A stretch of 64,000 nt of DNA, taken from NCBI GenBank assembly GCA_963783305.1, contig CAWAMW010000002.1, positions 512,001 to 576,000 on the forward strand, given 5' to 3'. The stretch is from an uncultured Gemmatimonadales bacterium. Lineage in GTDB: Bacteria > Gemmatimonadota > Gemmatimonadetes > Longimicrobiales > RSA9. Within the stretch, counting starts at the first letter, position 1. Each line of letters begins with the position of its first letter. Positions 9,214 through 18,552 of this stretch are shown one piece after another. A model generated the notes under the pieces. That model was not told the origin of the DNA. It did not search any database and worked only from the letters and a program-made list of their open reading frames with translations. Made by a program: the position numbers and the translations under genes.

Positions 9214-9347
9214 GTGACGCGCATTCGGCTCGGAGCGGCCGTGGTCGGCGCGATCTCAGCTGTTGGAACTGCGTCGCGCGATGATCGGCGCCATGATCGG
9301 AGCATTGACAATGGCGTGTTCAGACGCGATCGAGAGGAGTAGCGGCC

Positions 9348-12299
9348 GTGAGCGGCGGCGCTCCTCCCCCCCTCCAAGACAGACCGGTGAACAAGCCTCT
9401 CGATCCCGACCGTTGGGCCCGTGTCGAAGCGCTGTTTGAAGAAGCCATGGCGCGTCCCGCCGCACAGCGCGCCGCCTTCCTTGCCCGGACGTGCGGCGAC
9501 GACCTCGACCTGCTGGAGGAGGTGAAGAGCCTCGTAGTCGCTGCGGGTGCCGGAATAACTGAGCGCCTCAAGATCGTGGATCGCGTCGCCGACGATCTCA
9601 TGGCCGCGACGGGCGCCACGGCGGTCGGGCAGCGGCTCGGGCCGTATGTGCTCGAGGAGGAGGTCGGCCGGGGCGGCATGGGCGTGGTCTATCGCGCCGT
9701 CCGCGCGGACGACGCGTTCGACCAGACGGTGGCGGTGAAGGTGCTCCCCGGCGCTCTCTTCAGTGCCGGGGCGACGGCCCGATTCAGCAACGAGCGGCGC
9801 ATCCTGGCGGGGCTACAACACCCGAACATCGCCCGACTCCTCGACGGAGGGAGCACGCCCGCCGGCGTTCCATACGTGATCATGGAATACGCCGATGGCG
9901 TTCCGGTCGACCGCTTCGCGAACGAGGAAGGGCTGGGGCTGGAGGCGCGCATCCGGCTCTTCCTCGCGCTCTGCGAAGCGGTGCACTACGCTCACCGAAA
10001 CCTGGTGGTCCACCGGGACCTCAAGCCGTCCAACATCCTGGTCACCAGCGACGGCGCGCCCAAGCTCCTGGACTTCGGTATCGCGAAGCTGATGGAGCCG
10101 GGTGATGAGCCGGCCGCTCCACTGCCCACGGCGACGCGGCTGATGACGCCGGGCTTCGCGAGCCCCGAGCAGCTACTGGGCGAGCGCATCGGGATCGCGA
10201 CCGACGTGTATAGCCTGGGCCTCCTCCTCTACCTGTTGCTTGCCGGCGTCGACGCCCGGGCCGCGGCTGTCCCCGGCGGCCGTGGGACCGGCGTTTCCGA
10301 CGGGGACCCCGATGCCACGCCCTCCAGCCCGAGCCACGCGGAGCTGATCCGATGGGTCATGGAGGAGGAGCCGGTCGCCCCCAGCGTAGCCGCTGCGGAC
10401 CCCCGGCTCCGAGGCGATCTCGATACCATCGTGCTCGAGGCCCTTCGGCGCGACCCGGAGGACCGCTACGAGTCGGTCCGTGCCCTCGCCGACGACCTGG
10501 AGCGCTACCTGGCCGGCAAGCCGATCCGGGCTCGGCCGCCGACGGTCGGCTATCGCGCCCGTAAGTTCGTCAGGCGGAACCGCGCCCCGCTCTTCGCGGC
10601 CGCTGCCGCCGTCCTCCTGCTGGCGACGCAGACCGGCGTATTCATGAACCGGCTGGCACAGGAGCGTGATCTCGCCCGACGCGAAGCGGGGCGGGCGAAC
10701 CAGACTCTGGAGTTCCTGACGGACATGTTCCGTGGGGCCGATCCCTTCGTGTCCGCGCAGCCAGACCTGAGTGCGGCCGAGCTTCTGGCACGCGGCACGA
10801 GCCGGCTGGAAGAGCAACTGGCGGCGCAGCCCGCCGTGCAGGCCGAGATCCTCGATGTGGTCGGCACGGTCTATGAAAATCTGGGCATGCTGGACAGCGC
10901 CCGCGCCGTCCTCGAGCGGAGCCTGGCCGTGCGGGAGGCGACGTTCGGGCCCGAAACACCCGAGACCGCCCTGGGGATTTCGAGGCTCGGCGGCGTCTTC
11001 CTCCGACTGGACGACGTCGACCGCGCCGACTCCCTCCTGCTCCGATCCCTGTCCATCCGTCAGGCGACGCTCCCGGCCAACCACGCCGACATCGCCGCCG
11101 ACATCGGCCAGCGCGCGCACCTCGCCCACCGCGCCGGGGATCCCGCCGCCGCCGACACCCTCTATGCCGCCGCGGTGGCGATCATGGAGGACCCGGCCGA
11201 GCCCCGGGACCCCCTTCGGGCCACGCTCCTGAGCAACTACGGAGTCCTCCTGACGGAAATGGACCGCCTGGAGGAGGCCGAGACGACGCTGAGAGCCGCG
11301 TTGGCCCTGGAGCGCGGGCTCTACGGCGACAGGCACCCCCAGGTGGCCGTCACGCTCAACCACCTCGCACGGGTCCGCTACGTCGCCGGTGACCTGAGTG
11401 AGGCGCTGACGCTCTTCCAGGAGCTGCTCGCGTGGGCGCCGGACGTGCTGGGCGACGAGCATCCGTTCGTCACGACCTGGCGCGCCAACCTGTCCGCGGT
11501 GCTGAAGGACCTCGGCCGCAACGAGGAGGCCCTCGAGATCCAGGAGCGCGTCCTCGAGCAGCGGCGGCGGCAGTACGGCGAGGTCAGCGGCGAGATGGGG
11601 GTGGCGCTGAACAACATCGCCAATCTGTACGGCAACCTCGGTCGGTTCGATGAGGCGGAGGCGGCGCTCCAGCAGGCGCTCGACACCTACCGCGCCTTGT
11701 ACGGTGGTGACACTCCGGCCGTGACCACGAGCCTCAACAACCTCGCGACGCTCATCTGGCGGCGCGGCGACTACACACGGGCCGCCGCACTGCAGGAACG
11801 GGTGCTCGACATGGACCGTCGCCAGCTGGGGCCCACCCACGAGTACGTCGCCACGGACCTCACCGCCCTGGGACAGTACTACCTTTACGCGGGCCGCCTC
11901 GAGGAAGCCGTCGACCGGCTGAGGGAGGGCTACGAGCTCATCCGCGAGGTCCGCGGCCTCGACAATCCCAACACCGCCAACGCCGCCGCGAGCTACGCCG
12001 ACGCCCTCATCGCCACGGGCCGACCCCACGAAGCGGAGGCGCTGGCCCGCCAGTCGCTGGAGACCCGGCTGACGACCTTCGGCGAGGAGCACGCCACCGT
12101 GGCGCTGTCGCGTTCGACCCTCGGCGCCGCACTCGCGCTCCGCGGCGAGTTGGCCGAGGCCGAGGCCGAGCTCACCCGCGCACGTGACCTCATGGCGAGC
12201 TCCGTCCTCGAAGACGATCCAGCACGACTGCGCAACGACGAGCGGTTGGCGGCGCTGTACCAGTCCATGGGACACACGCCCCCTTCCGCTCAGCTGTGA
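9348..12299 (+). CDS. Hanks-type Ser/Thr kinase with a TM helix and C-terminal TPR repeats
   Basis: GRGGMGVVY, VAVK, HRDLKPSN, DFG and ASPEQ motifs; one TM helix; many HPxVAxxLNNLA-type TPRs. Confidence 0.95.
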   Translation: MSGGAPPPLQDRPVNKPLDPDRWARVEALFEEAMARPAAQRAAFLARTCGDDLDLLEEVKSLVVAAGAGITERLKIVDRVADDLMAATGATAVGQRLGPYVLEEEVGRGGMGVVYRAVRADDAFDQTVAVKVLPGALFSAGATARFSNERRILAGLQHPNIARLLDGGSTPAGVPYVIMEYADGVPVDRFANEEGLGLEARIRLFLALCEAVHYAHRNLVVHRDLKPSNILVTSDGAPKLLDFGIAKLMEPGDEPAAPLPTATRLMTPGFASPEQLLGERIGIATDVYSLGLLLYLLLAGVDARAAAVPGGRGTGVSDGDPDATPSSPSHAELIRWVMEEEPVAPSVAAADPRLRGDLDTIVLEALRRDPEDRYESVRALADDLERYLAGKPIRARPPTVGYRARKFVRRNRAPLFAAAAAVLLLATQTGVFMNRLAQERDLARREAGRANQTLEFLTDMFRGADPFVSAQPDLSAAELLARGTSRLEEQLAAQPAVQAEILDVVGTVYENLGMLDSARAVLERSLAVREATFGPETPETALGISRLGGVFLRLDDVDRADSLLLRSLSIRQATLPANHADIAADIGQRAHLAHRAGDPAAADTLYAAAVAIMEDPAEPRDPLRATLLSNYGVLLTEMDRLEEAETTLRAALALERGLYGDRHPQVAVTLNHLARVRYVAGDLSEALTLFQELLAWAPDVLGDEHPFVTTWRANLSAVLKDLGRNEEALEIQERVLEQRRRQYGEVSGEMGVALNNIANLYGNLGRFDEAEAALQQALDTYRALYGGDTPAVTTSLNNLATLIWRRGDYTRAAALQERVLDMDRRQLGPTHEYVATDLTALGQYYLYAGRLEEAVDRLREGYELIREVRGLDNPNTANAAASYADALIATGRPHEAEALARQSLETRLTTFGEEHATVALSRSTLGAALALRGELAEAEAELTRARDLMASSVLEDDPARLRNDERLAALYQSMGHTPPSAQL

Positions 12300-12375
12300 C
12301 CGCCGCGCCCTCTGCGGCAACATCTCGGCGGGTCGCCCGAAGACGGCCCGCCGGAGAAGTCGCACGCGCGGGTCC

Positions 12376-14487
12376 CTAGTTCACCTTCAGCGCTTCGAGC
12401 ACGGACTCCCAGACCACTTCTGCCCACGTGGACACCTGCATGTCCGACACCGCGCCCGCCTGGTAGCGCCGGCCGTCGATCACCGCGAAGGCGTGGAACC
12501 CGCGCCGGTCTTCGGCGTGGACGTAGACGAAGCCGAGAGTTCCCAGGTCGCCGACCGCCACCAGTCCGTCCTGCAGGTCGTCGCGAATCTGCTCGAACAG
12601 CTCACGGTCGGGCACCTGATCGTAGACCTGCTGGAGGCTGAGCTTCCGGTTCGAGGTCTCGGTGATCATCGGAACGTGGCTCGCTGCCTCCAGGAGCTTG
12701 CCGGCGTTCGCGTCGGAGAGGATCCGACGGCTGATGCTCTTGCTGTAGAGGGTGGCGCCGAAGATGGGGTCCTTGATGGTGATCGTGGCGCGGAAGATCT
12801 TCCTCGCCGCCACGTCCCGTAGCGCGCTCTCGATGGCGGCCCGGGTGGCGGCGTTGTCGGTGGCTCGCTGCGCCTCCGTCTTCAACCGGGCCAGGGCGGC
12901 GTAGTAGGGCGCCGTCTTCTTGTCGACCTCATTCTTCAGCGTGCCGTAGTAGACCTTGCCCCGGTGCGGGTTGAGCTCCGCCGCCACCGCGTCATCGAGC
13001 GCCTTGCGGGCGGCGTCCGCGATCCCGGGCAGCTGGGTACGGACGCCCCGAAGGCTGAGCTCGAACTCGTAGTCGGCGGTGGCCTCCTCGAGGTCCTCCC
13101 ACGCCGCCTGCGCGGAATCGATGCGCGGCAGGACCTCGTCGTTGATGTTGGTCGTCACCGCTTCCGTCAGCGACGAGGGGTAGTCCAGCGTGGCCACGGT
13201 GGAATCCACCGTCACGAGCGCTGAGACGCCGAAGGTGTCCGCGGCGCTCAGAATACTGCCGCTCACCCCGAACGCTTCGTCGCTCAGCGACACCGCGCCA
13301 CCCATCCCGACCACTCCAGCCGGGAACTCCCAGCCGTACTGGCCGGCCAGCCCCACCTCGAAGCGCCCCTCATCGGTGACGAACGCCTCCACGTCCAGAG
13401 TGCTCGCGGGCTTTGCCGGGCTGAACGACGGGTACCACGAGAAATCGCGCGTGGATACGCCGACGCCATAGGCGTGTCCTTTCAGCCCCTCCGCCGTGCT
13501 CGCGTCGGCGAAGATCCCGCCGCTCCCGTCGGCCACGGGAATGACGATCCCGCCGACATCCTTGATGGACAGGTCCAGATCGAACTGGCCGTTCCACCCC
13601 TGCTGGAAGCCGGCACGCAGCTCAGAGGCGAACGGGTCCTCCTCCGCCAGGTGGAGCTCGGTGTAGTTGTTGTCCACGGTCTCCCCCGTGATCGAGAAGA
13701 CCTTGAAGATCGGGAACGTGCCGGTGCGGATGGTCTTGCCCTGGAACGACCCCAGCTCCGACACGGGCCGGTTTGGCTCGAACGGGATACGACCATTGAG
13801 CGACCAGCCCATCCCGGCCGCGCCGATCAGGTCCTGCTCACCATAGATGAAGTACATGGGATCGTCGTAGTCGATGATCTCCACGATGCGGCCGCCCACG
13901 GGGAGCTTGACGGTGATCGGCCGGGTCGCCTCATCGCCCGTCTCGCCGGTGGCGATGTCCATCCCCACCGAGACCCCCACGTCGAAGACGAAGTAGTCCT
14001 GGTCGTCGCGTAGGAGGATCCCCAGCTCGCGCTCCTCGTTCAGGTAGGAGCCCCGGAAGAATCCGACATCGGCCTTCACCGGGTCGTGGAACCGGACCCG
14101 CGGGTGCGGCGATGGGATCCGAGCGGTGCCGCTGATGGCGACCACGCGGTTCTGGTCGTCGAAGCGCACCCTCAGATCGGCATCGAGGAAGGTGACGCTC
14201 GTGGTGTCGCTCGTCCTCAGCCCCAGAGCGCCAGAGACCGTGTACCCGTCGGAGGTCTCCGTCACCGTGCCGTCCGGCGACAGCTCCGAGCGCGTGAGGT
14301 TCGTGGCCGGGTAGACCGCGGCGGTGTCCTCGGGAGGGAGATCTCCATCGCCGGTCGGGCCTTCGGGGCCGGTGGGGCCGTCACCACAGGCGGCCGGGGC
14401 AATGAGGAGGGCAAGGAGCAAGTGGAGCGGACGACGGGCTTCGCTCCCTCGGATACCTCGGCGCGTAGCGTTCAGGGAGGCGATCAT
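12376..14487 (-). CDS. Large hypothetical lipoprotein (beta-rich N-terminal part, helical C-terminal part)
   Basis: 703-aa ORF with lipobox APAAC and a GGAGG RBS; no family recognised. Confidence 0.75.
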   Translation of the reverse strand: MIASLNATRRGIRGSEARRPLHLLLALLIAPAACGDGPTGPEGPTGDGDLPPEDTAAVYPATNLTRSELSPDGTVTETSDGYTVSGALGLRTSDTTSVTFLDADLRVRFDDQNRVVAISGTARIPSPHPRVRFHDPVKADVGFFRGSYLNEERELGILLRDDQDYFVFDVGVSVGMDIATGETGDEATRPITVKLPVGGRIVEIIDYDDPMYFIYGEQDLIGAAGMGWSLNGRIPFEPNRPVSELGSFQGKTIRTGTFPIFKVFSITGETVDNNYTELHLAEEDPFASELRAGFQQGWNGQFDLDLSIKDVGGIVIPVADGSGGIFADASTAEGLKGHAYGVGVSTRDFSWYPSFSPAKPASTLDVEAFVTDEGRFEVGLAGQYGWEFPAGVVGMGGAVSLSDEAFGVSGSILSAADTFGVSALVTVDSTVATLDYPSSLTEAVTTNINDEVLPRIDSAQAAWEDLEEATADYEFELSLRGVRTQLPGIADAARKALDDAVAAELNPHRGKVYYGTLKNEVDKKTAPYYAALARLKTEAQRATDNAATRAAIESALRDVAARKIFRATITIKDPIFGATLYSKSISRRILSDANAGKLLEAASHVPMITETSNRKLSLQQVYDQVPDRELFEQIRDDLQDGLVAVGDLGTLGFVYVHAEDRRGFHAFAVIDGRRYQAGAVSDMQVSTWAEVVWESVLEALKVN

Positions 14488-14539
14488 CGGATCCTCCGGC
14501 TTTGGGGGGGCTTCGGGCGATGGATTCGCCCTTCACCCT

Positions 14540-14570
14540 GTAGAGCGTAAGATCGATGGGAGCTCCCTCA
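14540..14570 (-). promoter_or_regulatory. Putative ECF sigma promoter, copy 1
   Basis: TGAGGG-N17-CGCTCTAC on the minus strand, upstream of the 703-aa lipoprotein. Confidence 0.7.
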
Positions 14571-14648
14571 CGGCTCCGGGCGGCCCCCGTTCTGAGCTGC
14601 CGGGCATGCTCCGCGGGACGGGGCGGCCTGCGGCTGTAGGACGACGCC

Positions 14649-15449
14649 TCAGCCGAACAGCCGGCGCGCCGCCTTGTCGATCCGCTCCAGGACCCGCACG
14701 CCTCGCAGCAGCCACGGGTGACGGGTCGGCCGGGAGAGGATGACGCGGGCGAGCACCGCCGCCTGGTCGTCCAGGGCCCGGCGGAGGAGTGTCCGCTCGG
14801 CGCTGGAGCGTGAGCCGGTAATGGCGACGGCGAATCCCCAGGCGTGGTCCCGCGCCTTCGGGATGCTGAAGGCGGTGAGCTCGTCATCGAGGGTGCCGGC
14901 GGCACGGTCCAGTCGATTGAGCAGGGGCGCGTACATCGTTCCGACGCTCTCCTTGAGCTCGGCCGTGGCGCGCCCGAGCACCTCGTTCACCCGCGTGTGG
15001 TCGGCATAACGCGTGGCGCGATCGGGGTCGATGCCAACCTCGCCGAGGGCCACCGCCAGGTCGTGGTTGATATGAGCGTTGATGCCGAGGACGAGGTGCT
15101 GGATGACCAGCCCGGTGCCGTCGCGGGCCGCATCGAAGGCGATGCGCCACGCCTTCGGGACGGCCGGTCGGTCGCCGAGCTCGTACGCGAGCAACGCTCG
15201 CCGGTAGAGGTTGGCGAAGCAGACCAGATACCGGGCCATCCAGTCCGGATCACGAAAGCCGGCGGTCTCCATCTCGGAGTCCAGGGCGCGTGTGATCCGG
15301 AGGTACGCCGTGCAGAAGATGCCGCGGCGGTCCCGTCGCGGCAGGCAGTAGGCTTCGACCGCTTCCAGGCTCGCCGCGACCTCGGCCGTCGTCGCGTACT
15401 CCGCCTCGAGCAGCGCGCGCAGGCCGTCACCGGATCCGGCGTCGGTCAA
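14649..15449 (-). CDS. DUF5995-like protein
   Basis: FCTAYLRIT, FANLY, AWRIAF and LGINAHINHDL motifs; TTG start with a GAGGAGG RBS. Confidence 0.75.
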   Translation of the reverse strand: MTDAGSGDGLRALLEAEYATTAEVAASLEAVEAYCLPRRDRRGIFCTAYLRITRALDSEMETAGFRDPDWMARYLVCFANLYRRALLAYELGDRPAVPKAWRIAFDAARDGTGLVIQHLVLGINAHINHDLAVALGEVGIDPDRATRYADHTRVNEVLGRATAELKESVGTMYAPLLNRLDRAAGTLDDELTAFSIPKARDHAWGFAVAITGSRSSAERTLLRRALDDQAAVLARVILSRPTRHPWLLRGVRVLERIDKAARRLFG

Positions 15450-15623
15450 TGGGAGTCCCTCCTCGGCATTGGAGACGTGGGCGGTCGGGGCGAGAGTGGC
15501 GGTGGACCCGGTGAACGTGTGCGGCCGCGAGCGCAAAGTCCAGGCAGGCGTGCCAGGGGCGGCCGCTGATCGTACGGTTCGGGGCCGCGCCGGCGAGCCC
15601 ACTCCTGCCGAACCGCGCGGCCA

Positions 15624-15654
15624 TGAGGGCGAGCCCCCGTTTTCCCCGCTATAC
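15624..15654 (+). promoter_or_regulatory. Putative ECF sigma promoter, copy 2
   Basis: TGAGGG-N17-CGCTATAC upstream of the 15716 lipoprotein. Confidence 0.7.
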
Positions 15655-15715
15655 CGGATGTAGGCACCCCCGTGGCGGGCCCGCCGCCGCGGAGCCATCC
15701 GACCAGGGAGGAAGC

Positions 15716-16720
15716 ATGGAAATCACGCGCACCGCCACCGCACGGCCCCCCCGAGGGCTGCAGTCGACCGAACCCGTTCCCGGGCGAGCGTCCACCCCGG
15801 CGCCTCGCCCGTTCCGCCGCGCAGGGTGCCTGCTGGCGCTGGCGTCGTTCGCCGCCGGGTGTGCTGGCGATGGCGGCACGGGGCCCGCCGAGCAGACGCT
15901 GGACCCCGGGAGCCTGACGGCTTCCGCCGCGGATGGCGAGCCGGGGCAGCCCACGGACCTGGTGGTGGAGGCGCGGGATACCGAGGGTCGGCCCTTCATG
16001 GGACCGCTTCCGGGTCTCCAGCTGGAGGTCCGTGGCACGAACCGCGGGACCGTCACCGACGCGGTCGCCGGCGGAGACGGGTCCTTCACGCTGTCGTATA
16101 CGCCGGCGGAGATCGGCTTCGACACGCTGGTTGCGACGCTCGACGGCTCGACCATCGCCGGGACCCCTGTCGCCTCGCGCGTCCGGACCGTCTGGGTGGC
16201 CGCCTCCGGTACGGCGGGAATCGACGGAGTGGCGTCACCCGGGGAGTGGGACGCGGCGGAGGAGTACACCGTTTTCGGCGGTCCGACGCTGACCGGCACC
16301 ACCGTGCGGTTCATGGCTGATGCCGCGAACCTGTACATCCTCGTCAGCTACCCGGATTCCGTGAACAGTGTCGGTGTTCGCTTCGACAACACCCTCGACC
16401 TGGTGCTGGACGGGGACGATCTGATCGGCGGCGGCACCTCTGGCCTCGGCGACCGGGTGTTCGAGGGCGGCAGCTATGTCCGTGACGATGTGGAGCACGG
16501 GGAGGCCGCGGGTACGGTCACGTCGAGCTCCGCCATCCACGAGCTGAGCCATCCGCTCGACTCGGGCGACCCGCAGGACATCGCGGTGGGCGCGGGTGCT
16601 CGCCTCGGGGTGTGTCTGGGTGCCGGGATCGGCGGGACGGCAGGCGACATCTCGGCGCCCGGTGCCTGCATCCTCATCTTCACCCAGCAGGAGCGGTACG
16701 CGGAGCTTCAGCTCCCCTGA
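15716..16720 (+). CDS. Lipoprotein with an Ig-like domain and a DOMON/CBM9-like domain
   Basis: Lipobox FAAGC; GDGSFTLSYTP (Ig/filamin-like); IDGxxSPGEWDAA and DAANLYI (CBM9/DOMON-like). Confidence 0.65.
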   Translation: MEITRTATARPPRGLQSTEPVPGRASTPAPRPFRRAGCLLALASFAAGCAGDGGTGPAEQTLDPGSLTASAADGEPGQPTDLVVEARDTEGRPFMGPLPGLQLEVRGTNRGTVTDAVAGGDGSFTLSYTPAEIGFDTLVATLDGSTIAGTPVASRVRTVWVAASGTAGIDGVASPGEWDAAEEYTVFGGPTLTGTTVRFMADAANLYILVSYPDSVNSVGVRFDNTLDLVLDGDDLIGGGTSGLGDRVFEGGSYVRDDVEHGEAAGTVTSSSAIHELSHPLDSGDPQDIAVGAGARLGVCLGAGIGGTAGDISAPGACILIFTQQERYAELQLP

Positions 16721-16847
16721 TCCATCAGCGGCGCCTGCCTCCCGGAGGAACGCCCGTCGTTCCTCCGGGGGGTCCTCCGCGGGCGCTCGGATACGCGGGC
16801 GAAAAGCTCCTCGACGCCGCCCGGCGCCCCGGGCGGCAGCCGCGCGG

Positions 16848-17459
16848 TCATGCCTCCGCCTCCGACAGCGCCCGCGCCAGCCACGCCCGCGCCATCCGCA
16901 GGTCGCGATCCACCGTCGCCTCCGAGATTCCGACGGCTTCCGCGATCTCGCGGTAGGTCAGACCGCCGAACACGTGCGCCTCCATCACCCGGGCCTTCCG
17001 GGGGTCCTGCTCTTCCAGGTCCCGGAGCGCCTGGTCCAGGGCGATGATCTCCACCGTGTCCCCGCGCTCGGCGGCCGGATCGACGCCCGTCCGGTCGAGC
17101 GAAACGATCTCCACTCCCGCTCCCCTTCGCTCGGCGCTCCGTGCGCGGGCGTGGTCCACGAGGACCCGTCGCATGGTGGTGGCGGCCAGGGCGAAGAAGT
17201 GGGCGCGATCCTGCCACTCCACCTCCGACCCCACCAGCCGTACGTACGCCTCGTGGACGAGCGCCGTAGCCTCGAGAGTGTGGCCAGCGCGCTCCCGTCC
17301 CAGCCGCCGCCGCGCCACTACCCGCAGCTCGTCGTACACGATGGGCAGGAGCAGGTCGAGGGCGGAGCGGTCTCCATCGCTCCAGCGGTGCAGCAGGCCG
17401 GTGACCTCGTGGGTCCCGACGCGATGGCCTTCTCCGGGGGGGGCGGTGTCGCCATCCAT
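16848..17459 (-). CDS. ECF sigma factor, Ser/Thr-kinase-associated type (TIGR02999/ECF43-like)
   Basis: VYDELRVVA, HTLEATALVHEAY, DRAHFFALAA, MRRVLVDHAR and TVDRDLRMARAWL motifs. Confidence 0.9.
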   Translation of the reverse strand: MDGDTAPPGEGHRVGTHEVTGLLHRWSDGDRSALDLLLPIVYDELRVVARRRLGRERAGHTLEATALVHEAYVRLVGSEVEWQDRAHFFALAATTMRRVLVDHARARSAERRGAGVEIVSLDRTGVDPAAERGDTVEIIALDQALRDLEEQDPRKARVMEAHVFGGLTYREIAEAVGISEATVDRDLRMARAWLARALSEAEA

Positions 17460-17525
17460 GGGCCCAAGGTGCACTCCGACGCCCGGCGCGTCCAGCAATA
17501 TCTCGGCGGACGCGCCGCCCCGACT

Positions 17526-17556
17526 GTAGAGCGGAAGACATGGAGGAGATCCCTCA
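17526..17556 (-). promoter_or_regulatory. Putative ECF sigma promoter, copy 3 (autoregulatory)
   Basis: TGAGGG-N17-CGCTCTAC on the minus strand, upstream of the sigma gene. Confidence 0.7.
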
Positions 17557-17643
17557 GCCTTCGGGCCGCGGCCGTCCGGGACTGCCGGAGGGTGGGATCG
17601 ATGGCGACGTGGTGAGGTCCGGGAGTCGCGTGCCCGCGGCGCT

Positions 17644-18417
17644 CTATTCCCGCACCGCGCAGTACCGGAGACTCTTGCGGGGCTTGCCCCGGCTCAGGTC
17701 CACCACGTCCACCACTCGGCCGCCGCCCTCCCGCACAGCCTCCTCCACCCGCGAGCGGGCCACGTAGTGCATTTCGTAGGGCTCCCGCCCCCGTAGCCGC
17801 TGCAGCGCCTGCCGGAGGTGGCGGCGGTTGAGGGTGTAGAGCCAGCCCCGGGGCCCGGCGAAGCGGAACCGGGGGCCGTTCCGTGTCTGGAGCACCGCCA
17901 CCCCACCCGGCCGCAGCACGCGCATGAACTCCCGGATGTAGGAGAGCTGCGCGCGTGGCGGGATGTGCTGGAGTACCTTGTTCGTGTAGACGAAATCGAA
18001 CGAGCCGTCCTCGAACAGGGCGAGGTCCGGGCGCGTGTTCAAGCAATACTGGACGCGATCCCCGTGGCGGTTGTGCTCGCGCGCCGCTTCGATCATGCCC
18101 TCCGCGATGTCGACGCCGACCACGTCCTCGAAATGGTCGCCGAGGGCCTGCGTGAGCCGGCCGATGGCGCAGCCGAAGTCGAGTGCGCGAGAGCGCCCCG
18201 GCTCCAGCTCGAGTGCGTCCACGTACTCCAGGACGCTGGCGATCTCGTCGCGGCCCACCGCGAAGAACTCGTCAGGGTCCCAGCCCCGATTCTCACGCCC
18301 GGACCGGGTGAGCGCCGCGTACATGGGATCGCGGCGGGCGAACTCCTCGAACGCCTTCTTCACGGGGCCGAGCTCTTCGGTCGCGCTCACGTCCACCTTT
18401 TTCCCGCTCCGAGGCAT
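17644..18417 (-). CDS. Class I SAM-dependent methyltransferase
   Basis: ALDFGCAIGR, VGVDIA, FDFVY and RVLRPGG motifs. Confidence 0.9.
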   Translation of the reverse strand: MPRSGKKVDVSATEELGPVKKAFEEFARRDPMYAALTRSGRENRGWDPDEFFAVGRDEIASVLEYVDALELEPGRSRALDFGCAIGRLTQALGDHFEDVVGVDIAEGMIEAAREHNRHGDRVQYCLNTRPDLALFEDGSFDFVYTNKVLQHIPPRAQLSYIREFMRVLRPGGVAVLQTRNGPRFRFAGPRGWLYTLNRRHLRQALQRLRGREPYEMHYVARSRVEEAVREGGGRVVDVVDLSRGKPRKSLRYCAVRE

Positions 18418-18552
18418 GAAATCCAGACACCCTTTCGGGCACGTTCGGCAGCATAGCCCGCGGCGGATCGGCGGGTCAAGGCGCCCGCCCCGCTGGCCAC
18501 CGCCCGCGCCCGGCGGTTATTGGACCGCGAAGGAACCGCCAGGAAGAGAGAG

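Noticed and set aside
10173..12365. 730-aa minus-strand ORF, and similar long antisense ORFs such as 48224-50254, 34492-36102 and 29016-30467
   Set aside because: These are shadow ORFs opposite well-supported genes, expected at this GC content, and show no protein motifs.
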